Part shown: one piece after another, positions 1 to 9,450 of the stretch
How the letters are laid out: every line of letters begins with the position of its first letter
How positions within the stretch are numbered: position 1 is the stretch's first letter
The notes under the pieces: generated by a model
What the model saw: the letters and a program-made list of their open reading frames with translations, nothing else
What the model was told of the DNA's origin: nothing
Database searches by the model: none
Program-made: the position numbers and the translations under genes
DNA from: Candidatus Latescibacterota bacterium
GTDB lineage: Bacteria > Latescibacterota > UBA2968 > GCA-2709665
Assembly: GCA_965203805.1 (NCBI GenBank)
Contig: OZ241917.1
Location: 4,512,001 to 4,576,000, forward strand
DNA length: 64,000 nucleotides
Reading direction: 5' to 3'

Positions 1-2
1 TG

Positions 3-635
3 CTGGTCGGCACGGAGTACTACACGATCAACTGCCTGAACCCGGACGGGACGGCGCGGTGGCGGCGGAGCACGGGCTGCGTCTCACCGACCATTCTCGC
101 GGCCGATCTGGACGGCGACGGCTCAATCGAGGTGGTCTACGGGGACTGGCGGGCCGTCAACGCGGCGTCGAGCGGGGAGCTGTTCGGCCAGACCGGATTG
201 GGCGGCAGCGGCAAGTTCGCGGGGCCGGGGACCTACGGCAGCCGTCCCGGCAGGATGGGTGCCCTCTCATGGCGCGTGAATATGGGTGGCGAGGTGGAGG
301 ATATCGCCCTGGCGGACTTGGACGGCGACGGAAATCCGGAGGTGATCGCCGGCAGCGACGTGGGGCAACTGGTCTGCATCGCGGGCGACGGCAACGTCGT
401 CTGGCGGCGCGACCTGGTGGACAAGATCACGTGGCTGACAACCGTCGACCGCGGCACAGAGGTGAAGATCCTGGTGGGTTTCGAAACAGGGGAAATCCGG
501 ACGTTCGACGAGAATGGCGATCTTGCCGCCGTGGATCGGGTGGATGGGGAAGTCACGCATCTTCGAGCCGCCGGCGACACGGTCGTGTGTGCGACGTCCG
601 CGGGTACCGTGACGGCGTTCCGTCCGGTGTCGTGA
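3..635 (+). CDS. C-terminal part of FG-GAP/PQQ-like beta-propeller protein (runs off window start)
   Basis: Frame open from position 3; repeated ADLDGDGxxEV motifs and W-ending blade strands. Confidence 0.75.
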   Translation: MVGTEYYTINCLNPDGTARWRRSTGCVSPTILAADLDGDGSIEVVYGDWRAVNAASSGELFGQTGLGGSGKFAGPGTYGSRPGRMGALSWRVNMGGEVEDIALADLDGDGNPEVIAGSDVGQLVCIAGDGNVVWRRDLVDKITWLTTVDRGTEVKILVGFETGEIRTFDENGDLAAVDRVDGEVTHLRAAGDTVVCATSAGTVTAFRPVS

Positions 636-709
636 GTCAACGGCGACGGCGAATCCGTCGCTGAGTCAAGGCGTAACGGGAATCATGATCACGGCGTGAG
701 AGGCCGCAT

Positions 710-1573
710 ATGGCCGGGCTGAGCGATAGACAGCTTTCCACCTATCTCAACGACGGCTGCCTTCTGCTGGAAGACGTGCTGGCGCACGCGGACCTGCAGC
801 CGCTGATCGACGACATCAACGCGGGGATCGATCGGAAGGCGCGGGAGGCCGTTGTACTCGGTCTTCTGCGTGATCCGTTCGACGGCGCGCCCTTCGACCG
901 GAGGCTCGCACGCATCAGCGAGGCCATGGACGATTCGTCGGAGATCGAGCGGGGGGTAACGGGGAAGCGCCTGAAGACGGCAGGGATGTTTTCGCTGATC
1001 ACGCACCCGGCGATCCTGGACATCGTGGAGTCGATCATCGGGCCCGAGATCCTGGCCCATCCCCAGTTCAACTGCCAGGCGAAAATGCCCAACGAAACCC
1101 GGTCGCAGATCCCCTGGCACCAGGACCTGGGGTTCCTGCATCCCGAGGCGGAAGCGACGTTTATGGTCAACTTCTGGATTCCGCTGGTGGACGTAACCGT
1201 TGAAAACGGGTGCCTGGCGGTAATCCCGGGGAGCCATCGGGCCGGTCTGATGCCGCACGGAGCGGTCCGAGGTTATCCGAACGAGGGAATCCAGGAAGGG
1301 TACGTACCGGTCGGGCGGCAGGTCCCCTGTCCCGTGCGAAAGGGAGGCGTGGTGGTGTTCCAGCACAAGACCGCGCACCGCTCGTTCCCGAACCGGACGG
1401 ACCGAATCCGGTGGAGCGTGGACGTCCGTTATTCCGATCCTTCAATGCCAACGGGGCGTGACGAAGTGCCGGGATTTGTGGCGCGCAGCCATGCCCACCC
1501 CGAGCGTGCGGCGAAGTCCCACCTGGACTGGCAGAAACGGATGCAGGGGGTGGATGAGCTTCTCTACGAATAG
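710..1573 (+). CDS. Phytanoyl-CoA dioxygenase (PhyH)-family Fe(II)/2OG enzyme
   Basis: PWHQD, NFWIPL, ENGCL.VIPGSH, H.S.PN..R motifs. Confidence 0.9.
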   Translation: MAGLSDRQLSTYLNDGCLLLEDVLAHADLQPLIDDINAGIDRKAREAVVLGLLRDPFDGAPFDRRLARISEAMDDSSEIERGVTGKRLKTAGMFSLITHPAILDIVESIIGPEILAHPQFNCQAKMPNETRSQIPWHQDLGFLHPEAEATFMVNFWIPLVDVTVENGCLAVIPGSHRAGLMPHGAVRGYPNEGIQEGYVPVGRQVPCPVRKGGVVVFQHKTAHRSFPNRTDRIRWSVDVRYSDPSMPTGRDEVPGFVARSHAHPERAAKSHLDWQKRMQGVDELLYE

Positions 1574-1578
1574 CGCCG

Positions 1579-2412
1579 TTACGCGGGAACCGGAAAATCG
1601 GGCTTGCCATAAAACATATGGTGAAACGCCTGCCAGAAGGACTCGCCCCTGCACCGGATCGTAAAGTCGTCCACGCGCTCAATCCCTTCCCGCTCGGACC
1701 GTTGATTGGGTTCGGGACGCGTCATCTCTACCGCCACGGGGCTATTTGCAAGAAGCGGTTCGATGTTTTTCGCGACCGCCACGGCTTCCTGAACGCGCGC
1801 CTTGATCAGTTCGCGGGCATCTGCCGGCGCCATGTGGAGGGCGCATAATTCTCCCAGACCTTCCTTTACAGGCGCCGTGACAATGCCGCTGACCCAGCGC
1901 TCGGATTCGGCGCACGCGTGAAGATCGCCCGATGTAAAGACCCAGGGAATGCCCAGATGTCCGCACAGATACGCGGCCATTTCCATTTCGCCGACTTCGG
2001 CGCCATTGACGCGATAGATCGTATCGCGGCTCATCGAGTGGGCGAGGCATCCGCTGGGCGTGCCGGTCATCGCGTGCATGCCGACCTGGATCAATGCGTC
2101 AATTCCGGGCGATAGGCCCGGCAACCAGCACGGCCGATTGACACCCTGCACCAGTTTCACGCCCGAGACCAATTCTTCCGACAGAATTGTGCGGCCCGCC
2201 CCGTGCGCGTCATTGATGATCACTTCTTCGACACCGGCTGCAAACAGGCCGTCGGCTGCGGCGTTGACTTCGCCCGTCAACAGGCGCTGCATCTCGGCGC
2301 GGTCGTACACGCCTTTCGCCGTTGTGGCATCTTCCCGGTGCCTCGGGTCCCAGTCATCGACGCCTGCGACGCCTTCCAGATCGGTCATCATATATACGGA
2401 TTTCACGACCAT
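1579..2412 (-). CDS. M55 family D-aminopeptidase (DppA-like)
   Basis: N-terminal MTDLEGVAG, NDAHG, GMHA, LAHS, GEME, SGD motifs; start chosen after AGGAG RBS. Confidence 0.85.
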   Translation of the reverse strand: MVVKSVYMMTDLEGVAGVDDWDPRHREDATTAKGVYDRAEMQRLLTGEVNAAADGLFAAGVEEVIINDAHGAGRTILSEELVSGVKLVQGVNRPCWLPGLSPGIDALIQVGMHAMTGTPSGCLAHSMSRDTIYRVNGAEVGEMEMAAYLCGHLGIPWVFTSGDLHACAESERWVSGIVTAPVKEGLGELCALHMAPADARELIKARVQEAVAVAKNIEPLLANSPVAVEMTRPEPNQRSEREGIERVDDFTIRCRGESFWQAFHHMFYGKPDFPVPA

Positions 2413-2470
2413 TGGATTCTCCTGCTTTTTGGATTTCTCGGCGATCTCTTGCATTGGAGGGATGCGGTTG

Positions 2471-4291
2471 TCAGCCTCCCGCGTGCGCCAGGGCCTTGTC
2501 GACCCTTTCGGTCCAGGGGTCGGCGACGCGGGCTTCGTATCTCCCGTCGTTGAAGTAGGCGGACTTGGGCATATTGCGGTCTTCCAGGATCGCCCGGCGA
2601 TGCGACTTCCTGAGGCGCGGCCTGAGTCTACGAAGGCCGGCGGCCTTCCGGCTCGCTTCGGGCCCGGCAGACATTGCGCATACTTCGTCGGCGACATGCC
2701 AGCCGCGGATGAGGGTTGCGGGAAAGGGGAACCAGCGGCGGATGGTGGCGATTCTCAGCCGGACGAGCGGGTCCCGCGTGGCGTTATAGGCGCGGCCGAG
2801 GGTGGTTTCCAGGGTGTCCACGTCGTCGGTGGTGAAACAGTCGACCTGGTCGTAAAGTCCACGGAGTCCCTGGAACCACCGCCCCGGCCGGGGGCGGCGC
2901 CAGATGGTCTCGAGGCAATCGTAAAAGGCGCGGACTTCACCGGCGGCGCCCCGATACAGGCGCGTGAAGAATTCATCGAGGAGCTTTTCCGGGTCCTGGT
3001 CGGCGTTCCACCAGAGCTTGGATGCCAGCCAGATCTGCGGTCCGAAGCCGGGCCAGTGAGGGTAGGCTTCAGCGTAGAAGCCCTTGACCCCGGCCTGGTA
3101 CTGAAACTTGATGTCGTCGGCCATCAGGCCCGGGAAATAGCGCGGCAGCACCCAGCCCAGGCCGTAGTAGTCGTATTTGCAGACGTGGTCGCACTGCTTG
3201 AGCCATGAGAGGATGAACTCACGGTCTTTGTCCCGGTACTCCGGATCCAGGTGCTGCGCCGTGTCCTGCGTGAGATAGATGGCCGCGTTGGGCTCCAGGC
3301 GATCGATGCGCTTCGGAGTCTCCTCCACGTTGTGGTAGGCCAGGCACCCCACGAATTTTCCGGGGTGGGATTCCTGCAGGGCGCGGGCGACCGTGTTGAA
3401 ATAGGTGAACCACCGGTCGGAGTAGATCGGACGTCCCCGGAATTCCAGACCGGGAATATCCAGCGCGCGGCAGTTATCGCACAGGCAGAAGTTCCCGTTG
3501 TCGTTCATCCCCAGCGAGAAACAGTGCGCCTCGGGGTGTTCGTCAAAATAGGCTCGCGTGGCCCTGATCGTGATATCCACGACCTCGGGGTTGCTGGTGC
3601 AGGGCTGTCCGAACAGGCCGTTGCTCACGTTGTCGCTCTCGGGTACGAGGCGCTCCCCGTCGATGAGCGCGTAGTACTCCGGATTCGTCTTTCCATATCG
3701 GGCGACGGGAAAGATCTTGTACAGGGCGTGGTGGAAACCCGCATAGGGCAGTTCGTGCCGCCGGCTGGAGACGCGGTTGCGGCTCTCCCACCGATGTCCC
3801 TCCGATCCGGCGATTCCGCTGAACACGCGGAAGAGGAAGTGGGGCGTCTTCGTTTCGTCGACAGGCGCGATTTTGAGCGTGGTTTGCACCGGGACGTCTT
3901 CGAAGAGCTCGCCGGGCATGAACCAGCGTACGCCCAGGTGGTCTTCCAGAAAGCCGTATACGCCGTATACAGTGCCGGCTTCGCTGCCGCCGAGGATGAA
4001 AAGGTCCCTGCCGGCGGTATGGATGCGGTAGCCCTCCACGCCGGCGTCTCCGGCATCCAGGTTCAGCTTTCGAGCGTACGCGGTGGCTCCCACGTGAATG
4101 GCTGTTCTCCCGCGGGGCGCGGGTTTTCCGCTGTCGGTACCCATCGGGGGCGACATCCCGATGATTTTCTCCAGGATGGCCTGCAGGTCCGCGGCGGCGT
4201 CGCGAAGCGCGTCTCCGGCGCCATCGGGCACGACGATGGTGCTGCGTGGCTGACCGTTGTCCGCCAGGGTGAGGGTTCTGTATCGGCGCAT
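2471..4291 (-). CDS. DUF4838-type protein (GH20/GH67-like N-terminal domain)
   Basis: GYRI...GGS..GT.YGVY.FLE..LGVRWF.PG; PEYYAL.DG.R; QPCTSNPEV; SLGMND..FC.C..C. Confidence 0.8.
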   Translation of the reverse strand: MRRYRTLTLADNGQPRSTIVVPDGAGDALRDAAADLQAILEKIIGMSPPMGTDSGKPAPRGRTAIHVGATAYARKLNLDAGDAGVEGYRIHTAGRDLFILGGSEAGTVYGVYGFLEDHLGVRWFMPGELFEDVPVQTTLKIAPVDETKTPHFLFRVFSGIAGSEGHRWESRNRVSSRRHELPYAGFHHALYKIFPVARYGKTNPEYYALIDGERLVPESDNVSNGLFGQPCTSNPEVVDITIRATRAYFDEHPEAHCFSLGMNDNGNFCLCDNCRALDIPGLEFRGRPIYSDRWFTYFNTVARALQESHPGKFVGCLAYHNVEETPKRIDRLEPNAAIYLTQDTAQHLDPEYRDKDREFILSWLKQCDHVCKYDYYGLGWVLPRYFPGLMADDIKFQYQAGVKGFYAEAYPHWPGFGPQIWLASKLWWNADQDPEKLLDEFFTRLYRGAAGEVRAFYDCLETIWRRPRPGRWFQGLRGLYDQVDCFTTDDVDTLETTLGRAYNATRDPLVRLRIATIRRWFPFPATLIRGWHVADEVCAMSAGPEASRKAAGLRRLRPRLRKSHRRAILEDRNMPKSAYFNDGRYEARVADPWTERVDKALAHAGG

Positions 4292-4292
4292 G

Positions 4293-5543
4293 TCAGTTTC
4301 CCCCCTGCTGAGGTTGAGGATGGGGCGGTTTGTCTGTCTGAAGGAACCGTGGGGTCAGGCGACGGCTGATTTCCGGATAGACGGCGATGAAGTGGTCCCG
4401 CATGGTTGGAAACTGAAACGCCTCGGCGGTTTCGAATTCTGTTTCCAGATCCTGTTTCCGGGGCATGTGGCAGTCGATGCAGTTGGACTGCATCGCGTCA
4501 CCGAGTTCGGCCGACAACCCGCAGACGTGGGTCTGGTGGCATGCGGCGCAGCGCCCGGAGAACAGGGCCAGGTTTCCACGCTCCAGGGCGTGCGGGTCGT
4601 GGCAGGTGATGCACGTCATCGCCTTACTTTGCTGGAAACACTTCGATTTGGTCAGACGCGGCAGCTGGTTGGTGCTGTGGACGCCGATTCTGTTCTGTTC
4701 TTCGTGGGCTTCCAGTTCGAGATAATCGCTCAGACGCTCGCCGGGACGGAAGGAAAAGGGCCGCTGAAGCGGATTGCCCACGCCGGAATGGCACTGCGCG
4801 CAGAGGTCGATCAATCGCGGAGGGTCCAGCGTGCCGGGGTGCAGGATGTGGGGCATTTCCTTCGCATCGGGATTGGCGCGCTGATAGGCCGCGTGGTCCT
4901 CGCCGGGCCCGTGACACCGCTCGCATGAGACGCCAAGAACCAGGTGGTCCCTGTTGTATGCGTTACTGGAATAGGATTCCGATTCGGAATAGGTCGTATG
5001 ACATTCAAGGCATCGGGGGACAACGCCGCGTGAGAAGTTCACCTCGCCGTCCGGATAGCCCGGGCTGTTAATCCACCGGTGCTGCTGCGTGAAGTAGGAA
5101 ATGGGGAGTTGATAAAGGCGGTCGCCCTGCCAGAAGAGATAGGTCTGGCCGATTTTTCCGGATCCGGTGACAATGTCGATGCGTTCGGTCCGCCGGTAGG
5201 TACCGTCTCCCTGTCCGATAATCGCCGTCTGATAGAATCCATCTGCCGTGGCGGTGATTTCGAAGCGGAGATTGGGGTTCCGGGTCCGGACGATGGCGTG
5301 GTCGGGAGAGAAGCTGCCGAGAATCGCTTCGGCATGGGGCAGGCGTGAGGTGAGGTGGTGGGCGGTGCGCCGGAACGTCTCGAACCGGTCCCGGTGACAC
5401 TCCGCGCAGGCCTGCGCGCCGATGTAGCCAGGTGAACGGGTTTCGCCGCCCGCGTCTCCGGCGTTTCCGAAAAGTAACGGACCGCCCAGCCCCATGCATG
5501 CCGCAGAGGCGAGAAGCACCGATCTGAAGAGAACCCTTGCCAT
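4293..5543 (-). CDS. Multiheme c-type cytochrome (7 CxxCH)
   Basis: CAECH, CLECH, CERCH, CAQCH, CITCH, CAACH, CIDCH; signal-peptide-like N-terminus. Confidence 0.85.
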   Translation of the reverse strand: MARVLFRSVLLASAACMGLGGPLLFGNAGDAGGETRSPGYIGAQACAECHRDRFETFRRTAHHLTSRLPHAEAILGSFSPDHAIVRTRNPNLRFEITATADGFYQTAIIGQGDGTYRRTERIDIVTGSGKIGQTYLFWQGDRLYQLPISYFTQQHRWINSPGYPDGEVNFSRGVVPRCLECHTTYSESESYSSNAYNRDHLVLGVSCERCHGPGEDHAAYQRANPDAKEMPHILHPGTLDPPRLIDLCAQCHSGVGNPLQRPFSFRPGERLSDYLELEAHEEQNRIGVHSTNQLPRLTKSKCFQQSKAMTCITCHDPHALERGNLALFSGRCAACHQTHVCGLSAELGDAMQSNCIDCHMPRKQDLETEFETAEAFQFPTMRDHFIAVYPEISRRLTPRFLQTDKPPHPQPQQGGN

Positions 5544-5635
5544 CGCCCTGCCATTTCGATTGGAAGGTGGGAGGGTTTCTCAAACCGTACGCCTTCCACG
5601 TGCGGATGTCAAACGAAAACGCAAAAGGCGGCGTT

Positions 5636-6631
5636 ATGTCGAAGACACGGATTGCGAATCGACGGTCCTGCCGGGTCGCCACCGGCGTTCCCCTCGCGAA
5701 GGCGGTTGTCGTCGCCGCGCTGAGTTGGGTTGTAATCCCCCTGCCGTTGAACGCGCAGGGTCAGGACGGGTTCTATCTGCGGGGCGATTTTGGCGACTCG
5801 GACGCGCTGACCGTTCGGGGGAGCATCGAGGGCGTCGATCAGCCGACGCGTTGCGACCGGCTGCTGCATCCCGATGCGGCCACGATCCCGCGCGAGCCGG
5901 CATGCTCCGGAGTCGCATCCGGCGTGCTCGCGACAGTGGAATTTGATCAGGGCGCAGAGACGATGACCAGCGCAACCGCTCTCGCGGTGGGGTACTCCCG
6001 TGGTTGGCTCCGGCTGGAAGCCGAACTGAGCAATACGGTACTGGGCGCAACCTCGGCGCCGCTGTTGGACGTTGGCCGGCTGGCGCCGGAAAGAGTGAAT
6101 GAGTGGAGCGCGGTCGAACAACCTCGAGCCAGAATTTCGGGGTTCAACGTCACGGACATGTTCGTGAACGTACTCCTTGACTTCAACAATTCTTCGCGCT
6201 TCACCCCGTTCGTCGGCGGTGGAGGCGGCGTGTCCAATGTCATTCTCGTCTTTGACGGTTTGCGGGCGCGACGAACGCTCGCCAACGGATTCGCTCCGGC
6301 CGGCGGCGTCGATCCGTCCTCGGACGCCGCAATCCCCGCATGGCAGACACGGGCCGCGGGCACGACCGATGCCGCGTCGCTCCCATTGGCAGAATCGACG
6401 CAGGGATCGAATCTGATCGGCGGGGTGGCGTTTAAAGCGAACGAGCGATTCAGCATCGCGCTCCGGGGGCGCTATGCCCGTTACCGGGACGTCCGGAAGC
6501 AGGGAAAGTGGGACCTGGTGCGAAGTCACTCGCCGGTGCTCGCGGACGGGACGACGCCGGCGACTTTCGACCTGGTGCTCAGTGGCATCGTGTTCTATGC
6601 GGTCACCGTCTCGTTCGCGTATGACATCTGA
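5636..6631 (+). CDS. Outer-membrane beta-barrel (opacity/OmpA-like) protein
   Basis: Signal peptide, RLEAELS, FTPFVGGG, amphipathic C-terminal strand. Confidence 0.65.
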   Translation: MSKTRIANRRSCRVATGVPLAKAVVVAALSWVVIPLPLNAQGQDGFYLRGDFGDSDALTVRGSIEGVDQPTRCDRLLHPDAATIPREPACSGVASGVLATVEFDQGAETMTSATALAVGYSRGWLRLEAELSNTVLGATSAPLLDVGRLAPERVNEWSAVEQPRARISGFNVTDMFVNVLLDFNNSSRFTPFVGGGGGVSNVILVFDGLRARRTLANGFAPAGGVDPSSDAAIPAWQTRAAGTTDAASLPLAESTQGSNLIGGVAFKANERFSIALRGRYARYRDVRKQGKWDLVRSHSPVLADGTTPATFDLVLSGIVFYAVTVSFAYDI

Positions 6632-6874
6632 ACGGAGGTCCGTTTCCGGAAGAAGGTGTGGACGAACCAGACCCGAAATCGCCTGCGGGTCGAATAATTC
6701 GTCCGAGGGCCAGATAGGCTCACGGAGCCCGGCAGGAAGGTATCGGAGTTCGCTGGAAGTGGACTCCAAAATCGCGAAGGGAGTGCTACATGTTGAAAGT
6801 GCGAATTGTGGTTGCGTCGCGCCTGGTAACTATCGTGACGTCGGCTTGATTGCCATTTTGACCCTGAATATGGA

Positions 6875-7579
6875 TTGACTATGGCCCTGGAAGTACCGAT
6901 GAGGTTCGCCCGCGGCTTCTCGCCCGGTAGACTTCTGCGCGTTCTGTATTCTCCCAAGAGAGCCTTTACCGAAGCCCGCAGCCACCCCACGCAATTGGAT
7001 TGGATCGTCCCTGCCGCCGGCTTTTGGTGCATCGGGATCATTGCCGTGGTTGCGGTGCCTGCCGCAATTGTGATGGCCACTCCCGACTCTGGCGTCGGCG
7101 TCGACGATCTGATCGCGGCATTGAAGACGATGGGCGAGTTTCTGGCGCAACTTCTAATAACTGCAACGACGTTTGTCTTTTCGACCGTGGTTTCCATTTC
7201 TATTAAAGTGGTCTACCTGCTGGTCGTCTTCAATGTTTTCTTAGGCCGGGATATCCGATTCAAATGCGCATTGATCGTCCTTGGATACACGATGGTCCTT
7301 GATAGCCTTGAAATCGTCTCCATCGCAGTTGCTATGGTGATTGACAGCACATTTACACCCGATACCACGTTGAGCCCACTGATTCCCGATCATTGGAAGC
7401 ACACGGCGGCGGGATCCATCCTGGCAGCTGCGGATCTGAAGGACCTCTGGCAGAGCTTTCTGTTCGAAACTGGAACGACCGTTATGGCCGGCGAGCAAAA
7501 CAGACGGTGGGTTGTGGTTGTCGCACTGTGGGCCATTTGGACCGCCGCCAGAGCGTATGATCTCGAATTGACCTTCTGA
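6875..7579 (+). CDS. Yip1-like multi-pass membrane protein
   Basis: VLYSPKRAF N-terminal motif followed by about 5 hydrophobic segments. Confidence 0.55.
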   Translation: MTMALEVPMRFARGFSPGRLLRVLYSPKRAFTEARSHPTQLDWIVPAAGFWCIGIIAVVAVPAAIVMATPDSGVGVDDLIAALKTMGEFLAQLLITATTFVFSTVVSISIKVVYLLVVFNVFLGRDIRFKCALIVLGYTMVLDSLEIVSIAVAMVIDSTFTPDTTLSPLIPDHWKHTAAGSILAAADLKDLWQSFLFETGTTVMAGEQNRRWVVVVALWAIWTAARAYDLELTF

Positions 7580-7731
7580 GAAGCGCTAGAAGAATTGTCT
7601 GAACCATAGGCCGTTGGTATCCACGTATTGGCACGACCATCGCATTTTCGCGTAACGCGCCCGACTCGACTGTCGAGTCCGGATCGGACAAGAACTGCGC
7701 CATCGCATTTCACGGCACGTACGGAGCCAGG

Positions 7732-8022
7732 ATGAAGTCAACCACACGCTGGACACTCAGGGCGGTAATATTCATCCTTCTGGCCATGCTTATTCTGCCC
7801 GTCGATATTCCTTACTTTCGGCTGGAATCAACAGTTACGATACGTAAGCGTCAGCCGCCCCTGACGCGCCACGTCCAGGTTGCTAAGGACTCGGTCATTA
7901 CCACTTTACAATTCGGGGATGACTCGATTGCGTACTTTACGACCCGGATGGCGGCGCCGATCGAGCGGCCGCCACTTGTGGATGATGCGGGCGGACCAAC
8001 ATCGGATTCCGAACCTCCTTGA
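7732..8022 (+). CDS. Small hypothetical membrane-anchored protein
   Basis: GGAG upstream; N-terminal hydrophobic helix. Confidence 0.4.
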   Translation: MKSTTRWTLRAVIFILLAMLILPVDIPYFRLESTVTIRKRQPPLTRHVQVAKDSVITTLQFGDDSIAYFTTRMAAPIERPPLVDDAGGPTSDSEPP

Positions 8023-8117
8023 GGTGTTAGATTAAGGTTCAGGAAACCCGCCGTGGCCGTCGGGAAGGGTGCGGCGCTGGCGGATCATCGACTCGAAATC
8101 CAACATGGGAGTGCATA

Positions 8118-9119
8118 ATGTCGAAGAAGCGAATTGCCGTTGTCGGCGCTGGAAACATGGCCCGGGTACGCGGCCATGCGTTTCTGGAAACCGGCCGCGC
8201 GGAAATCTGCGGCGTAGCGGCGCGACGGCGGGAGACGGCCGAACGCTGCGCGGCGGAATTGAGGTGCGCGGTTTTCTTCGAAGACTACCGGCTGTTGGCC
8301 GAATCGCGCCCTGACGCGGTCCTGATCGAGGTCCCGCATCGCGTTCAGGACGAGGTCTCTCTGTGGGCGCTGGATGCCGGCTGCGACCTCCTCATCGGCG
8401 GTTGTCTCGCGTCATCTTTGGAGAACGGGAAGCGGATTGTGGAAATGGCGGACCGGTGGGGACGGATCGTGGAGGCCGGGTTTCAGCGCCGGTACGATCG
8501 GGCCTGGGAAGAGATCCGACGCATGGTGGCGGGTGGCGAACTCGGCGCGCCTGTGATGGCGGTGACCATGGCCCTGTGGAACGCGGATCCGGGCGCATGG
8601 TACTACGATCAGGAGGAGAGCGGGGGCATGCCGCTGACCCACATGAGCTATTGCTATCTGAATGCGGTTCGCTGGATTCTCGGAAGGCCGACCACCGTGT
8701 CCTCGATGGCCAATCGGATGCGGAATACCTCGCCCGTTCACGTTACGGAAGAGACCTGTGGGGCACTGATCGGGTTCGAAAACGGCGCCTTCGCTTCGGC
8801 CACGGCCAGCTATATCGGGCCGGATGGCATGCCCGATCCGCAGCCGCGATTTGTCTGCTCGGAGGGCGGTGTCATGCCCAATGCGGACAGCCCGCCCGGC
8901 AAGGATTCCATCACTGTCTACAGGGAGGGCCGCTCCGAGATCCGGGAATTCGAGAATGCGCCGTCGTTGATGGTCCGGCAGGTGCACGCCTTTCTGGATG
9001 CCATCGAGAACCGCCGCGAGGCCCGTAATCCTCCGGAAGACGCCCTGCTCGACGTCGCAATCGCCGAAGCCGTCGCAATCTCGGCCAGGGAACACAGGAC
9101 GGTTTCGCTGGCGGAGTAA
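8118..9119 (+). CDS. Gfo/Idh/MocA family oxidoreductase
   Basis: IAVVGAGNM Rossmann motif, GFQRRY, SGG motif; GGGAG RBS. Confidence 0.85.
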   Translation: MSKKRIAVVGAGNMARVRGHAFLETGRAEICGVAARRRETAERCAAELRCAVFFEDYRLLAESRPDAVLIEVPHRVQDEVSLWALDAGCDLLIGGCLASSLENGKRIVEMADRWGRIVEAGFQRRYDRAWEEIRRMVAGGELGAPVMAVTMALWNADPGAWYYDQEESGGMPLTHMSYCYLNAVRWILGRPTTVSSMANRMRNTSPVHVTEETCGALIGFENGAFASATASYIGPDGMPDPQPRFVCSEGGVMPNADSPPGKDSITVYREGRSEIREFENAPSLMVRQVHAFLDAIENRREARNPPEDALLDVAIAEAVAISAREHRTVSLAE

Positions 9120-9301
9120 CAACAGCGATCATCCATCAGTTTTCAGCAGTCAGAATGAAGCGAAAATCAGCTCACACGGAGACACAAAGGGAAACAAACA
9201 GGCAATCAGCGTTCATCGTGAAGCAAGAACAAGGGACAAACAGCAAAAGGCAAACCCATCGACGTCAGCGCCTTGAAGTGGCAGGATCAGACCGGCGCAG
9301 A

Positions 9302-9408
9302 CCTCTCCCCCCAACCCCCTCTCCCGGGGGGAGAGGGGGAGAAAACCAGGACGCCGAGAGAGGTTCACAGTTCCCCCCTTCCCCTCGGGAAGGGGGATAG
9401 GGGGTAGG
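9302..9408. repeat. Pair of oppositely oriented GC palindromes (CCCCCTCTCCC..GGGAGAGGGGG type), REP-like doublet
   Basis: CCCCCTCTCCCGGGGGGAGAGGGGG and CCCCCTTCCCCTCGGGAAGGGGG in an intergenic gap. Confidence 0.7.
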
Positions 9409-9450
9409 TTGGTGGATGTGATGCGATCGGGAAAACTGTAAGAAAGTATC

